Shown one piece after another: positions 34,641 to 46,340 of a DNA stretch of 64,000 nt; the first letter of the stretch is position 1; each line of letters starts with the position of its first letter. The DNA is taken from assembly GCF_030028105.1 (NCBI RefSeq), contig NC_092379.1, positions 63,934,008-63,998,007 on the forward strand. Reading direction: 5' to 3'. A program made the position numbers and the translations under genes. This DNA is from Mobula birostris. Lineage: Eukaryota. The notes below the pieces were generated by a model. That model worked only from the letters and a program-made list of their open reading frames with translations, did not search any database and had not been told where the DNA came from.

Positions 34641-35129
34641 AAAATTGCAGCCTCTCTAGTTTTTCCACTTAGATGAAGGATGTGTGGTTATACATGTTTG
34701 TGTGCATTAGCTTTAATTATCTTGTTAGCTCAGAGCTTGCATAATTTGTGTCTGTGACCAGCGGCAGTTTAATTAGCCTTCCTCTTTCACTTTGTTAAGG
34801 ACTTTTTTCAAGAGGCATTCCTTGATTGGATATGAAGTACTATAGATAAAAGTCATGGGGAGTTCGGAACACAGACGTTTCCCTGCCCAAGAAATAGGTT
34901 ATCTAGATAGCTTCAATTTCTTCATAAAGAGTTCTGGAACTTGAGATACCGTAGGTAAAATTAATCAAGAAGTTAATACTTGCAGGAGCAGAAAAAGAGC
35001 ATATCTACCTGGAATTACAAATGTGTAATTTCTTTCTTTTATTTCAGCATTATGCAATTAGAAATCTACTTTTCTCAGAGTGAAACATGACCATTGTTGC
35101 ATTGTTCCACTTCACGTTGAAAACTGATT

Positions 35130-35637
35130 TATATGTTTATTTATTGGGGTACAGCGTGGGATAGGCCCTCCACCCCAGCTACCCCCAGTTTTACCAAAGC
35201 CTAATCATAGGACAATTTACAGTGACCAGTTTAACCAAAGCCTAATCATGGGACAATTTACAGTGACCAGTTTAACCAAACCCGAATCATGGGACAATTT
35301 ACAGTGACCAGTTTAACCAAAGCCTAATCATGGGACAGTTTACAATGTCCAGTTTAACCAAAGCCTAATCATGGGACAATTTACAGTGACCAGTTTAATC
35401 AAAGCCTAATCATGGGACAATTTACAATGACCAGTTTAACCAAAGCCTAATCATGGGATAATTTACAATGACCAATTCACCTACCAACTGCTATGTGCCC
35501 AGACTGTGGGAGGGAACCAGAGCACCCAAAGGTAACCCAAACGGTTACAGGGAGAATGTATCAACTCTTCACAGGCAGCAGTAGGAATTGAACCCGAGTC
35601 ACCTGTTGTGCCAACCACTATGTTACCCTGCCACCCT
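35130..35637 (-). mobile_element. V-SINE with internal minisatellite expansion
   Basis: (ttta)n tail, V domain gactgtgggagggaaccagagcaccc, B box ggaattgaaccc; collinear with 50325-50632. Confidence 0.88.
35188..35474. repeat. Minisatellite, 41-bp unit x7
   Basis: gtttaaccaaagcctaatcatgggacaatttacagtgacca at 35188, 35229, 35270, 35311, 35352, 35393 and 35434. Confidence 0.95.
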
Positions 35638-35843
35638 TCTGCCAAATGCCCTCTGGCATGAGTCATCCTTGCAACCTGACATAACTTCCCCCATCATCCC
35701 ACATGGAGTGAATCACATTAGGCACTCACAGGATAAGATGCTCTTTTAGGACAGTGTTGGACTGGAATAAGTAAATTAATAACAACATAAGTAAACGATA
35801 ACTTACTTGTAAATAAATAATTAAATTATTTACCTACATCCTT

Positions 35844-37416
35844 TCTATGCACACTTTGAAAGAGAGTACAAAACTATCCCTGTGCATCTGGTGACCCTGT
35901 GATCTCTGTCTCAGAGGCTGGCATCGGAAAATCTTTCAAGGGGGTGAACCCTCACAATGCATCAGGCCCTGACGATGTACCTGGTAAGACTCTGAAAACA
36001 TGTGCCAACTAACTGGCAGGACTGTTCAAGGACACCTTCAATCTGTCACACTGTAGATGGACTTTTCCACCTGCTTCAAAAGAGCGACAGTCACACCAGT
36101 GCCCAAGAAGGGCAGGATGATCTGCCTCAATGGCTAGCACCCAGTAGCACTCACATTGAATGTGATGAAGCGCTTTGAGAGGTTGGTCGTGGATAGAATC
36201 AACTCCTGTCTCAGCAAGGACCTGGACCCACTACAGTTTGCCTAGCACCACAATAGGTCTACAGCAAATACAATTTTACTGGCTCTCCATTCAGCCTTCG
36301 ATCACCTGGACAATAGTGATATCTACGTCAGCCTGCTGTTTATCGACTACAGTTCAGCGATCAACACAATATTGCCCTTAGTTATAATCACCATGCTCCA
36401 AAACCTGGGCCTCTGAATCTCCCCCTGCAACTGGATCCTTGACTTCCTCATCAGGAGAGCAGTCTGTGCAGATCAGAAATAACACCTCCTTGCAGACAAT
36501 CAACACTGTCACACCTGAAGGATGTGTGCTTAGCCCACAGCTCTACTCTCTCCAATTCCATGACTGTGTGTCTAGGCACAGCTCAAACACTATCTATAAT
36601 TTGTGTTGACACAAAATTATTGTTGGAAGAAGTTCAGATGGTGATGAGAAAATGTACAGGAGTGCGATAGATCAGCTGGCTGAGTGGTGTTGCACTCAAT
36701 GTCAGTAAGCCCCAGGAATTGATAGTGGAGTTCAGGAAGGGGAGGTGATGGGAACACACGCTCACTGAGGGATTAGCAATGGAACAGGTGAGTAGTTTCA
36801 AGTTCATGGATGTCAACATTTTTGAAGACCTGGGCCCACCATATTGGTGCAATTACAAAGAAGGCACAACAGTGGCTTTATTTCATTAGGAGTTTGCGGA
36901 GACTTGTTACGTCACCAAAGACATTCACAAATTTCTATAGATGTACTGTGGAGAGCATCCTAACTGGTTGCATCAGCATCTGATGTAGAGGCTACTGTAC
37001 AGGATTGAAAAAGGCTGCAAGAAGCTGTAAACTCAACCAGTGCCATCTATGGACATACCCACCCCCACCCTCGCATCCAGGATATCTTCGAAAGGTGGTA
37101 CGTCAGAAAGGTGGCATACATCATTAAAGACCCCCATCTCCCAGGATATACCCTCTTCTCGTTGTTACCAACAGAAACCTGAAGATACACACTCAACATT
37201 TCAGGTGCTGCTTCTGCCCAACTACCATCATAATCTCTGAATTATAATTTCAGTATTTTCCTCAATTTTTGCACTACTTAGTTATTTTTGTATATATTCT
37301 TATCGTAATTTATAGATTTTTTATTATATATTGCAATGTACTGCTGCCACATTACAACAAATTTCACATTATATCCAGTGATATTAAACCTGATTCTGAT
37401 TCTGATTCTAATTCTG
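35844..37416 (+). mobile_element. 5'-truncated Rex1/Babar LINE
   Basis: LKTCAN*LAGLFKD, LFIDYSSAINTI, CNWILDFL, ESILTGCI remnants; tail attaaacc(tgattc)n. Confidence 0.9.
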
Positions 37417-37494
37417 CCCTCTGTGCTAAACAAAAATATAAACTCTGATAATCTCAGGCTTGATCTTCCCCTCCAGACCATAAACTCCTCTTCA

Positions 37495-37600
37495 TTCAAC
37501 ACAAGGTTGTTGTTGTGACACCACTCAACCAGCTGATCTATTTGGCTCCCATATGCCTCCTCATCACCATCTAAAATTCTGCCCACCCCAAACAGACCCA
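37495..37600 (-). mobile_element. Rex1/Babar RT fragment
   Basis: VGRILDGDEEAYGSQIDQLVEWCHNNNLVLN. Confidence 0.8.
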
Positions 37601-39779
37601 TCTCTACCACGTGTCAAACTTCCCACCCACTGATCCCGTGCAGATGTCTTACTTTCTCCCAATCTCCGCCAGAAATGGCAGCGTCTTCCCTTCTCTGAAC
37701 CTCCTCCACAAATGACATAAATCACTTCTTCCAACCCTTTCCACATCTACTGCTGTCTTCCCTCACCTCCCAGTCTCTTCCACAAATGGAAACTGTCCTT
37801 TGTCTATTTCCTCCACAAATGTTGGTGTCTTCCTTTTCACCTTTCCTCACCACAAATCCTGCTCTTCCCTTTTCCCCAGCCTAAGTACAGACCCATTGGG
37901 TGTTGTTTCTATTGACCTCCCATTGCAAACTTGGAATTTTATGTCTGGGTGGCTCGATTCCAACCTAAGATACAGAGAAGTATATATCAAAGGCCAACAG
38001 TGAAAATGGCTCATGGCAACTCACTGCCACATGAGTGTTCTGAAATCTTCTGGGCAAAGTATTGTCAAGAAAGAGTGAACAGCCTCTCTTCGTAGAGGAA
38101 ATGGAGAAATTACAATCAAGGAACCCAGTCAACTCATTGAATTGTGTGTACTAAAGAACACTTTTGAGCCCTGTTCACTCCTTCTATATCTCCCACAGCT
38201 TCTGCCATGTGTCTTCACCTGAAGGGCTCAGAGTCTAAAGCTTAAAATGTAGTCATGAGTTCTGAAACGCAGGTACCTCAAGCCCCCTGTCAGTGGAACA
38301 ATGTCTGTGCGGAGAGCCAGCCTGCAGAAATGGCAGGCAGGTATTTATCAGGTTTCAGCTTGCATATCTTCTATAAGTATTGCTCATCCTTGCAGAACTT
38401 CATGACCTCATATTTCCCGTATGTCAGACCAGCCTCGGTGAATGTTTCATGGTGGGAAGTGGGGATTGTTCCATTTCTGGTAAAGGCTTTAACACTATTT
38501 TTTTTCTCTCTCTCTCTCTCCATCTTTTGTTGTTTCAGCGAGCAGGGGATTCTATTGTTGGGGAGACAGAAAGGTAAATCTTTCCCTTCTGCTATGTTTT
38601 TTAAATAGTGATTGATTGACTGAAATGCAACAGAACTGTTTTTCCATAAGCAGAGAGCGCACTTTAATGTAAAACTACTAACTAAAGTAAAAGCACACTG
38701 TTTTAATGTTTATGATTATAAATATTTTTGAGGTGGGGTGATATAACACTAGCGGCACAAATTACTCTGCAGGATCATTTTGAGTATTAATTCATGCACT
38801 CAGAATCTGAATGCATTATTAGTCTCTTGAGTTCTGCTGCCTTGGCTACCTGAGTCATTGCTACGCCCTGGTCACGGGAGGTTTACAGAGCCTGTTAAAG
38901 CTAGATCCCCTCACTATGGAAGGAAAGATTTGCAGCGCAGGGTCACCACCCCCATTGGACAGTGCTGCATCAGGCAAAAGCAGTGTCACACTCAAATTGT
39001 TCCCCCATACGTTTGCAGCCATTGGTACTGAATGCCTTGTGAAGAGTTGTCAGAATGGGGAGCCAGAGGGGAACAATACGTAGTGCCTCCTAAACAAAAG
39101 CACAAAATGTTCAGGAAAGGAAACATGTCTGTTGAATTTTGCATTGTTACAAACCTTCAGTACAGTTCAGAATGACAGAAAACCCATACACACTGATGCA
39201 AAAAATAATTTATATTTACGCACAGATATTATTGTAGTTTTCTTATCAGAACATGACATAAAGGTCTCCGATATTTTCCTTTTCATCTCATAACTCTGTG
39301 ATTCTGAGTTACACTTAAAAATCTTGAAATCCTATTGATGTATGTGATGAGTCTTCACAAGCTTCAAACAGTATGTGATCTCTAATTAGGAATGTCCAGT
39401 GTAATTTAGAGGCTTTTCAGGGTGGAAAGCAGTCAGAAAAAAATTAATTAGAATCAAATATGACAGTCATATTTCCCACTTGCTGAAAGGTTTGGTGACT
39501 TCGAGTTTATCCACTTTCCCTCCACGTTTACATGAATTCAAATTGCAATTCACGATCATTTAAAATCTCAGTGCAAGGTTTAACTATTCCCATTCTTGTG
39601 TCAGAGCGTAGTCTTACACAGTGCTTACCTGTAGCCAGAGCTGAGTGTCAGTCCGTCATCTCAGATCATTAATCATGGGAACACCATGAACTGAGCCATG
39701 AACTGCTTCCATCTTGTGTGAGCACAAAATTTCACAAAATAGCTCTATAAACCCAGCAGTTAATCTGTAGGTAAATCAT

Positions 39780-40400
39780 AGCAGAACAGAGGAAGTACAG
39801 CACAAGAGAAGACACTCAGACCATTTGGCATCTGTAGCTATTTGATGTGCCTCATGTCCCCACATTCCTGTAACTTTTTCTCCTTTGACTGCTTATCCAA
39901 TTACCATTTGAAATCTGCCATTGAATCACCCAACTTTGAACATATTCCACACTGCAGTCTAAATCTTGACCCACTCTGTGTAAAATATTGCTTCTCTTTG
40001 ACTGGTTCATATGCACCTTAAATCTATGCTGAAAAATGCTGGCCACACTCAGTAGGTTAAAGAGCATATGTGGAAAGGGAAAAAAATATTTCCACAGATG
40101 CTGTGTGACAGGGATGTTTCCAGCATTTTCTGTTTTCACTTTAGACTTTCATTTGATCTACACATTCCTGATTCTTATTAAATCACCTGTGGGTCATCTG
40201 TTTTCTAAGTGAGAAAACCCTAATTTTCCTGGCCTATGCACCAAAGTCTTCTTTCCACGAATCATTTTAATAAATCTCTTCTGTACCTTGTTAAAAGGCT
40301 TCATCTACTTCCAATTTCCAGTACTGAGAAGTAATTGCTGCTTGCTTTGAACCTGTGCTTTATAATGATTTAACATAGTTCCCTGTCTTTTGTAAACTTT
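39780..40400 (-). mobile_element. Old CR1 3' fragment containing a Penelope-derived inverted remnant (about 40030-40150)
   Basis: CR1-like ccactctgtgtaaa and taaatctcttctgtacc; inner aaaatgctgg..tgtggaaa..tttccacagatgctg..ccagcatttt. Confidence 0.55.
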
Positions 40401-40431
40401 ATAAATAAGCACAAGCATTTTATTCAGTCAC

Positions 40432-41085
40432 ATATAGAACATAGAACACAATATAGTACAGCACAGGAACAGGCCACTCAGCAGAAAATGTTGTACCTAA
40501 TTAATTAAATTAGTAATCATATTGCCAACTAAACCAATCTCTTCTGTCTACACAATGTCCATATCCCTCTCTTTCCCTCACATTCATGTGTCCTCCTAAT
40601 CATCTACTAAGAGTCTCCAACGTTTCTGCCTCCACCACCCCAGGCAGCACATACCAGACATCCACCGCTCTCTGTGGAAAAAAAACTTGCCCCTCACATC
40701 TCCCTTAAACTTTCCCCCTCTCACCATAAACGCATGCCCTCTGGTATTGCACGTTTTTACCCTGGAAAAAAGATGCTGTCTGTCTACGCTTCTCATAATC
40801 TCATTAACCTCGATCAGATCTCCCCTCAGTTTCTGCTATCTCCAACCTCATAAGTTTCCCCAATTTCTCATTAGAGTGCATGCCCTGTGATCCAGGCAAC
40901 ATCCTGCTAAACCTCTTCTGCACCCTCTCCAAAGCCTCGACATCCTTCCTATAGTGGGGCAACCAGAAATGTTCACAATACTCCAGATGCAGCCTAAATA
41001 GAGTTTTATAAAGCTGCAACATAACTTCCTGACTTTTGAACTCAATGCCTCGATGAATAAATGCAAACATGTCATATGCTTTACC
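40432..41085 (-). mobile_element. CR1 3' fragment
   Basis: AFIHRGIEFKSQEVMLQLYKTLFRLHLEYC..WLPHYRKDVEALERVQKRFSRMLPG; tail atagaacatagaac. Confidence 0.92.
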
Positions 41086-41098
41086 AAATACCACGGAA

Positions 41099-41178
41099 CA
41101 GGGGTTCCCAACTCTGTTTATGGCATGGACCAATACCATTAATCAAGGGATCTGTAGACCCCAGGTTGGGAACCCCCG
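41099..41178. mobile_element. 80-bp hAT-type mini-MITE
   Basis: TIR caggggttcccaac / gttgggaacccccg; TSD not conserved. Confidence 0.75.
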
Positions 41179-41194
41179 CTGTAGAATATGCGGA

Positions 41195-41605
41195 CTGCTC
41201 ATGCACCCTACTCATGGACTGTTTGTCCCACTCCCATCAGGGAGGAGGCTACGTAGCATCCACGTCAGGACCACCACAATCAAAAACAGTTACTCTCCCC
41301 AAGCAGTAAGTCTGATCCACACCTCCACCCACTAACTCACCTCTCCAAACATCCAACCATCACTAATTTATCTTCTCCTGTCAGAGTCACCTTATGTACA
41401 GACCCTCCTGTGCCTAACGTCACTTTATGGACATACAGTACAATCAATCTATGTATAGAGGTTATTTTATGTACTTATATTTGTTGTGTTTTATATTATC
41501 GTGTTTTCTTTGTGCCGCATCAGATCCCGAGTAACAATTACTTGGTTCTGGTTCACGCTTGTGTACAGGAATGACATTAAATGATTTTGATGATTGAATA
41601 ATCTT
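41195..41605 (+). mobile_element. Rex1/Babar 3' end
   Basis: HPTHGLFVPLPSGRRLRSIHVRTTTIKNSYSPQAV and a 3' UTR shared with 62195-62410. Confidence 0.85.
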
Positions 41606-41919
41606 GATTGCAGTTTCTAAGATATGTGCATAAACAACAATGATTCACATTTTTTAGGGTTAAATTTCACCTACAATGAGTCCACCCATAAACCGGTCTG
41701 TTTGTGTACTCTTGGTTTATGAAGAAGTCAGTCATAAATTGGAGTTTGATCTCCTAAAGCAGATATACATCACTCACATATTTCACCTCAGTGGCTGAGG
41801 TTGGAATAACTTCAGTTCAAGAGTAAAGATGATAAGAATTTGAACAGTATCCCTGTTCCTGCTCGATTGAGTGAATAATACACTCAATGATTCAGAAACA
41901 ACTTCAGATTTCAGAACTG

Positions 41920-42055
41920 ATGAACACTACCTCATTATTCCTTTTTTTGTACTATTTATCTATTTTATCAATTTTATATCTTTTCACTGTACTGCTGCTG
42001 CAGAACAACAAAATTCACGCCATTTAAAACAATGGTAATAAACCTGATTCTGATT
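41920..42055 (+). mobile_element. Rex1/Babar 3' UTR tail
   Basis: cactgtactgctgctgcagaacaacaaaattcac...aataaacctgattctgat. Confidence 0.7.
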
Positions 42056-42064
42056 TAGAACCCC

Positions 42065-42250
42065 TTCAGCCTGTAGACTAGCTCTACCCTAGCAGGAGGC
42101 CTGTTGAATCTAAGGTGTGGTATTTGCAGCAAGGAAGATTGAGAAGACGGTTGAAGTGATAACAGAACCTTGTTTGACTTTGGTCTGCATTGAGATCGGT
42201 TCAGCAATTGACTCATTGGTTGATATCAACCTATATGTCACAGGCATGGG
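42065..42250 (-). mobile_element. RTE-clade RT fragment
   Basis: EPISMQTKVKQGSVITSTVFSIFLAA resembles the RTE motif GVKQGCVLAPTLFSIF. Confidence 0.65.
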
Positions 42251-44534
42251 CTGGAGATGAAATTCCATGAGGTAAGCCACATTTGAGAAAACCAAAGGTC
42301 CCAATGAGAAATCACAGAGAGGTGACAAAATTGTCAACTGCCTCTATTGTCCCAGCACATCTGAGGAAAAGACTGAAGATCAAGACTTTGGGCAATAGCC
42401 AATTAGAGATTGGAAATGTGAGAAGACGTAGCTCACTCAGGTTCACCAATTGAGTAGGAAAGGTATCAACTCACGGCAGATTGGTGTTTTCAGCAGTGGC
42501 CAATCAGAGTTTGGTATTGATTGGTAAGAACAAATTAAAATAAGGCAGGAACAAGCAGAGTGGCCAATATCAGAGCAGCCATAGTGTGAGTGGATAGTTA
42601 TGGTGGGGATTTTGAGGATTTAGCTCTTCAAGGCTTGAGTGAGAGAAAGCGAAAAGCTATAGGTAAATTTTTATTCCACAGTTTATTTATTGTTTCTCCT
42701 TCTATATGTTTGCCCAGTTAGAACAGTAAGGATGCTAGGCAAGATAGTTAAATGCTTCACTTGCAGGATGTGTGAAGGCAGGGAGGCCTCCATAGTCCCT
42801 GATGACTACACCTGCGAGAAGTGTGTCCAGCTGCAGCTTCTAACAATCCATGTTAAGGAGTTGGAGCTGGAACAGGATGAACTCCAGATCAGGCAAGAGT
42901 CTGAGGAGGTGATAGGTGGGACATGTAGAGAGATAGATACACCCAAGGTGCAGGACACAGGAAACTGGGTGAGAGTCAGTGCAGGACACCCATGTGGCTA
43001 GCCCCTTCAGGTATACTGTTGTGGGTGGGATGACCTAGCAGTGGAAAGTTACAGCAGTCAGGTCTCTGGCACTAGGTCTGTCTCTGTGACCCAGAAGGGA
43101 ATGGGGGAAAACAGGCAAGCAGTGGTAATAGGAGATTCATTAGTTATGGGAACAGAAAGGAGGTTCTGTGGATGAGAACGAGATTCCCAGATGGTATGTT
43201 GGTTCCCAGGTGCCAGGGTCCAGGACATCTCAAATCGATTCCTCAGCATTCTTAAGTGGGAGGGTGAGCAGCCAGAGGTCGTGGTCCATGTAGGTACTAA
43301 TGACGTAGATAGGAAGAGCGACAAAGTTCTGCAAAGTGAGTTCAGGGAGTTAGGCGCTAAGTTAAAGGGTTGGATCTCCAGGGTTTTGATCTCAGGATTG
43401 CTACCCATGCCACGTGATAGTGAGGCCAAAAATAGGAAGATTATAGAGTTTGACACATGGCTAAGGAGTTGGTGTAGGAGGGAGGATGTCAGATTTTAGG
43501 ATCTTTGGCTCTCTTCCAGGGAAAGTGGGACCTGTACAAACGAGATGGTTTGCAACTGGACTGGAAGGGGACTAATATCCTAGTGGGAAGATTTGCTAGT
43601 ACTGCACAGGGTGGGGTGGGGTTTAAACTAGAGTTCCGGGGGGGGGGGGGCGGGGTGGAAACCAGAATGCCAGAACAGACAGTGGAGAATTTGTGGAGAC
43701 AGATGTTATTAAGACCTCAGACATAGTTAGGGATCAAAAGGTTGAGCATGGTACGACTAATGTCCTGAGCAGCATATACTTCAATGCAAAAAGCATCGTC
43801 GGAAAGGCAGGTGAGCTCAGGGCATGGATCAGCACCTGCATTATGATACTGTAGCCATTAGTGAGACTTGGTTGCAGGAGGGGCAGGAATGGCAGCTCAA
43901 TATTATGATGTTCTGTTGTTTTAGCTGCGACCGAGTGGGAGGGATTAAAAGTAGAAGAGTGGTGTTATTAGTCAGCGAAAATGTCATGGCAGTGCTCAGT
44001 CAGGACAGACTGGAGAACTTGTCTAGTGAGGCGTTATGGATGGAACTGATTAATAAGAAAAGTATTACCAGGTTAATGGTCTGTGGGATTTAGAGGAACA
44101 AGTTTGTAGAGAGATTGCAGACTGTTGCAAGAAGCATGAGGTGGTTACAGTAAATGATTTTAACTTTCCACATATTGACTGGGACTCCCATACAGTAAAA
44201 GGTCTAGATGGGGTAGAGTTTGTCAAATGTGTTCAGCAACATTTCCTTAATCAGTACATAGAATTCTCTATGAGAGTGTGTGATACTTGATCTGCTGTTA
44301 GGGAATGAGGCAGGTGACAGAGTTTGCGTAGTGTTCCACTTTGCATCTAAAGATCATAATGCCATTGGTCTCAAAGTAAATATGGAAAAAGACAGGTCTG
44401 GTCCATGGACTGAGATTGTAAATTGGAGAAAGGCCAATTCTAATGGTATCAGAAAAGATCTGGCAAGTGTGGCAACACACATCAAAGTTGCTGGTGAACA
44501 CAGCAGGCCGGGCAGCATCTCTAGGAAGAGGTAC

Positions 44535-44570
44535 AGTCGACGTTTCAGGCCGAGACCCTTCCTCAGGACT
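44535..44570 (-). ncRNA. Minimal type I hammerhead ribozyme motif at the Penelope 3' end
   Basis: Minus strand AGTC-CTGAGGA-AGGGTCTCGGCCT-GAAAC-GTC-GACT. Confidence 0.8.
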
Positions 44571-44866
44571 TACTGAAGGAAGAGTTAGTAAGAGATTTGA
44601 AAGTTGGAGGAGGAAGGGGAGATCCAAAAAGATAGGAGAAGACAGGAGGGGGAGGGATGGAGCCAAGAGCTGGACAGGTGATTGGCAAAGGGGATATGAG
44701 AGGATCATGGGACAGGAGGTCCGGGGAGAAAGACAAGGGAGGGGGGAGAACCCAGAGGATGGGCAAGGGGTATAGTCAGAGGGACAGAGGGAGAAAAAGG
44801 AGAGAGAGAGAAAGAATGTGTGTATAAAAATAAATAACAGATGGGGTACGAGGGGGAGGTGGGGCA

Positions 44867-45193
44867 TTAGCGGAAGTTAGAGAAGTCAATGTTCATGCCA
44901 TCAGGTTGGAGGCTACCCAGACGGAATATAAGGTGTTGTTCCTCCAACCTGAGTGTGGCTTCACCTTTACAGTAGAGGGGGCCGTGGATAGACATGTCAG
45001 AATGGGAATGGGATGTGGAATTAAAATGTGTGGCCACTGGAAGATCCTGCTTTCTCTGGCGGACAGAGCGTAGGTGTTCAGCAAAGCGGTCTCCCAGTCT
45101 GCGTTGGGTCTCGCCAATATATAGAAGGCCACATCGGGAGCACCAGATGCAGTATATTACCCCAGCCGACTCACAGGTGAAGTGTTGCCTCAC
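44867..45193 (-). pseudogene. Penelope GIY-YIG endonuclease domain, frameshifted from RT
   Basis: FTCESAGVIYCIWCSRCGLLYIGETQRRLGDRFAEH...LEEQHLIFRLGSLQPDGMN. Confidence 0.93.
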
Positions 45194-45293
45194 CTGGAAG
45201 GACTGTTTGGGGCCCTGAATGGTGGTAAGGGGGGAAGTGTAAGGGCATATATAGCACTTGTTCCGCTTACAAGGATAAGTGCCAGGAGGGAGA

Positions 45294-46340
45294 TCAGTAG
45301 GGAGGGATGGGGGGGGGGCGAATGGACAAGGGAGTCACGTAGGGAGCGATCCCTGCGGAAAGCGGGGGCGGGGAGGGAAAGATGTGCTTAGTGGTGGGAT
45401 CCCGTTGGAGGTGGCAGAAGTTACAGAGAATAATATGTTGGACCCGGAGGCTGGTGGGGTGGTAGGAGAGGACCAGGGGAACCCTATTCCTAGTTGGGTG
45501 GCAGGAGGATGGAGGGAGAGCAGATGTGCGTGAAATGGGGGAGATGCGTTTGAGAGCAGAGTTGATAGTGGAGGAAGGGAAGTCCCTTTCTTTAAAAAAG
45601 GAAGACATCTCCCTCGTCCTGGAATGAAAAGCCTCATCCTGAGAGCAGATGCGGCGGAGACGGAGGAATTGCGAGAAGGGGATGGCATTTTTGCAAGAGA
45701 CAGGGTGAGAAGAGGAATAGTCCAGATAGCTGTGAGTGTCAGTAGGCTTATAGTAGACATCAGTGGATAAGCTGTCTCCAGAGACAGAGACAGAAATATC
45801 TAGAAAGGGGAGGGAGGTGTCGGATATGGACCAGGTAAACTTGAGGGCAGGGTGAAAGTTGGAGTCAAAGTTAATAAAGTCAACGAGTTCTGCATGCGTG
45901 CAGGAAGCAGCGCCAATGCAGTTGTCGATGTAGCGAAGGAAAAGTGGGGGACAGATACCAGAATAGGCAGGGAACATAGATTGTTCCACAAAGCCAACAA
46001 AAAGGCAGGCATAGCTAGGACCCACACGGGTGCCCATAGCTACACCTTTAGTTTGGAGGAAGTGGGAGGAGCCAAAGGAGAAATTATTAAGAGTAAGGAC
46101 TAATTCCGCTAGATGGAGCAGAGTGGTGGTAGAGGGGAACTGATTAGGTCTGGAATCCAAAAAGAGGCGTAGAGCTTTGAGACCTTCCTGATGGGGGATG
46201 GAAGTATATAAGGACTGGACATCCATGGTGAAAATAAAGCGGTGGGGGCTAAGGAACTTAAAATCATCGAAAGGTTTAAGAGCGTGAGAAGTGTCACGAA
46301 CATAGGTAGGAAGGGATTGAACAGGGGGGGATAAAACCAT
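45294..46340 (-). pseudogene. Penelope reverse transcriptase domain (YIDD changed to YIDN)
   Basis: FTMDVQSLYTSIPH, LTLNNFSF, QTKGVAMGTRVGPSYACLF, FLRYIDN, LPFLDI, VYYKPTD, YLDYSSSHP. Confidence 0.93.

Noticed and set aside
35188-35474. CRISPR-like regular repeats (also 52812-53085 and 4166-4265)
   Set aside because: The units are contiguous or have repeating linkers, with no unique spacers and no cas genes, in a vertebrate-type context.
44298-44867. 189-aa Pro/Leu/Ser-rich ORF, and the SPDEGSRPETST peptides here and at 4686
   Set aside because: These are translations of the Penelope 3' UTR and ribozyme sequence, not credible proteins.
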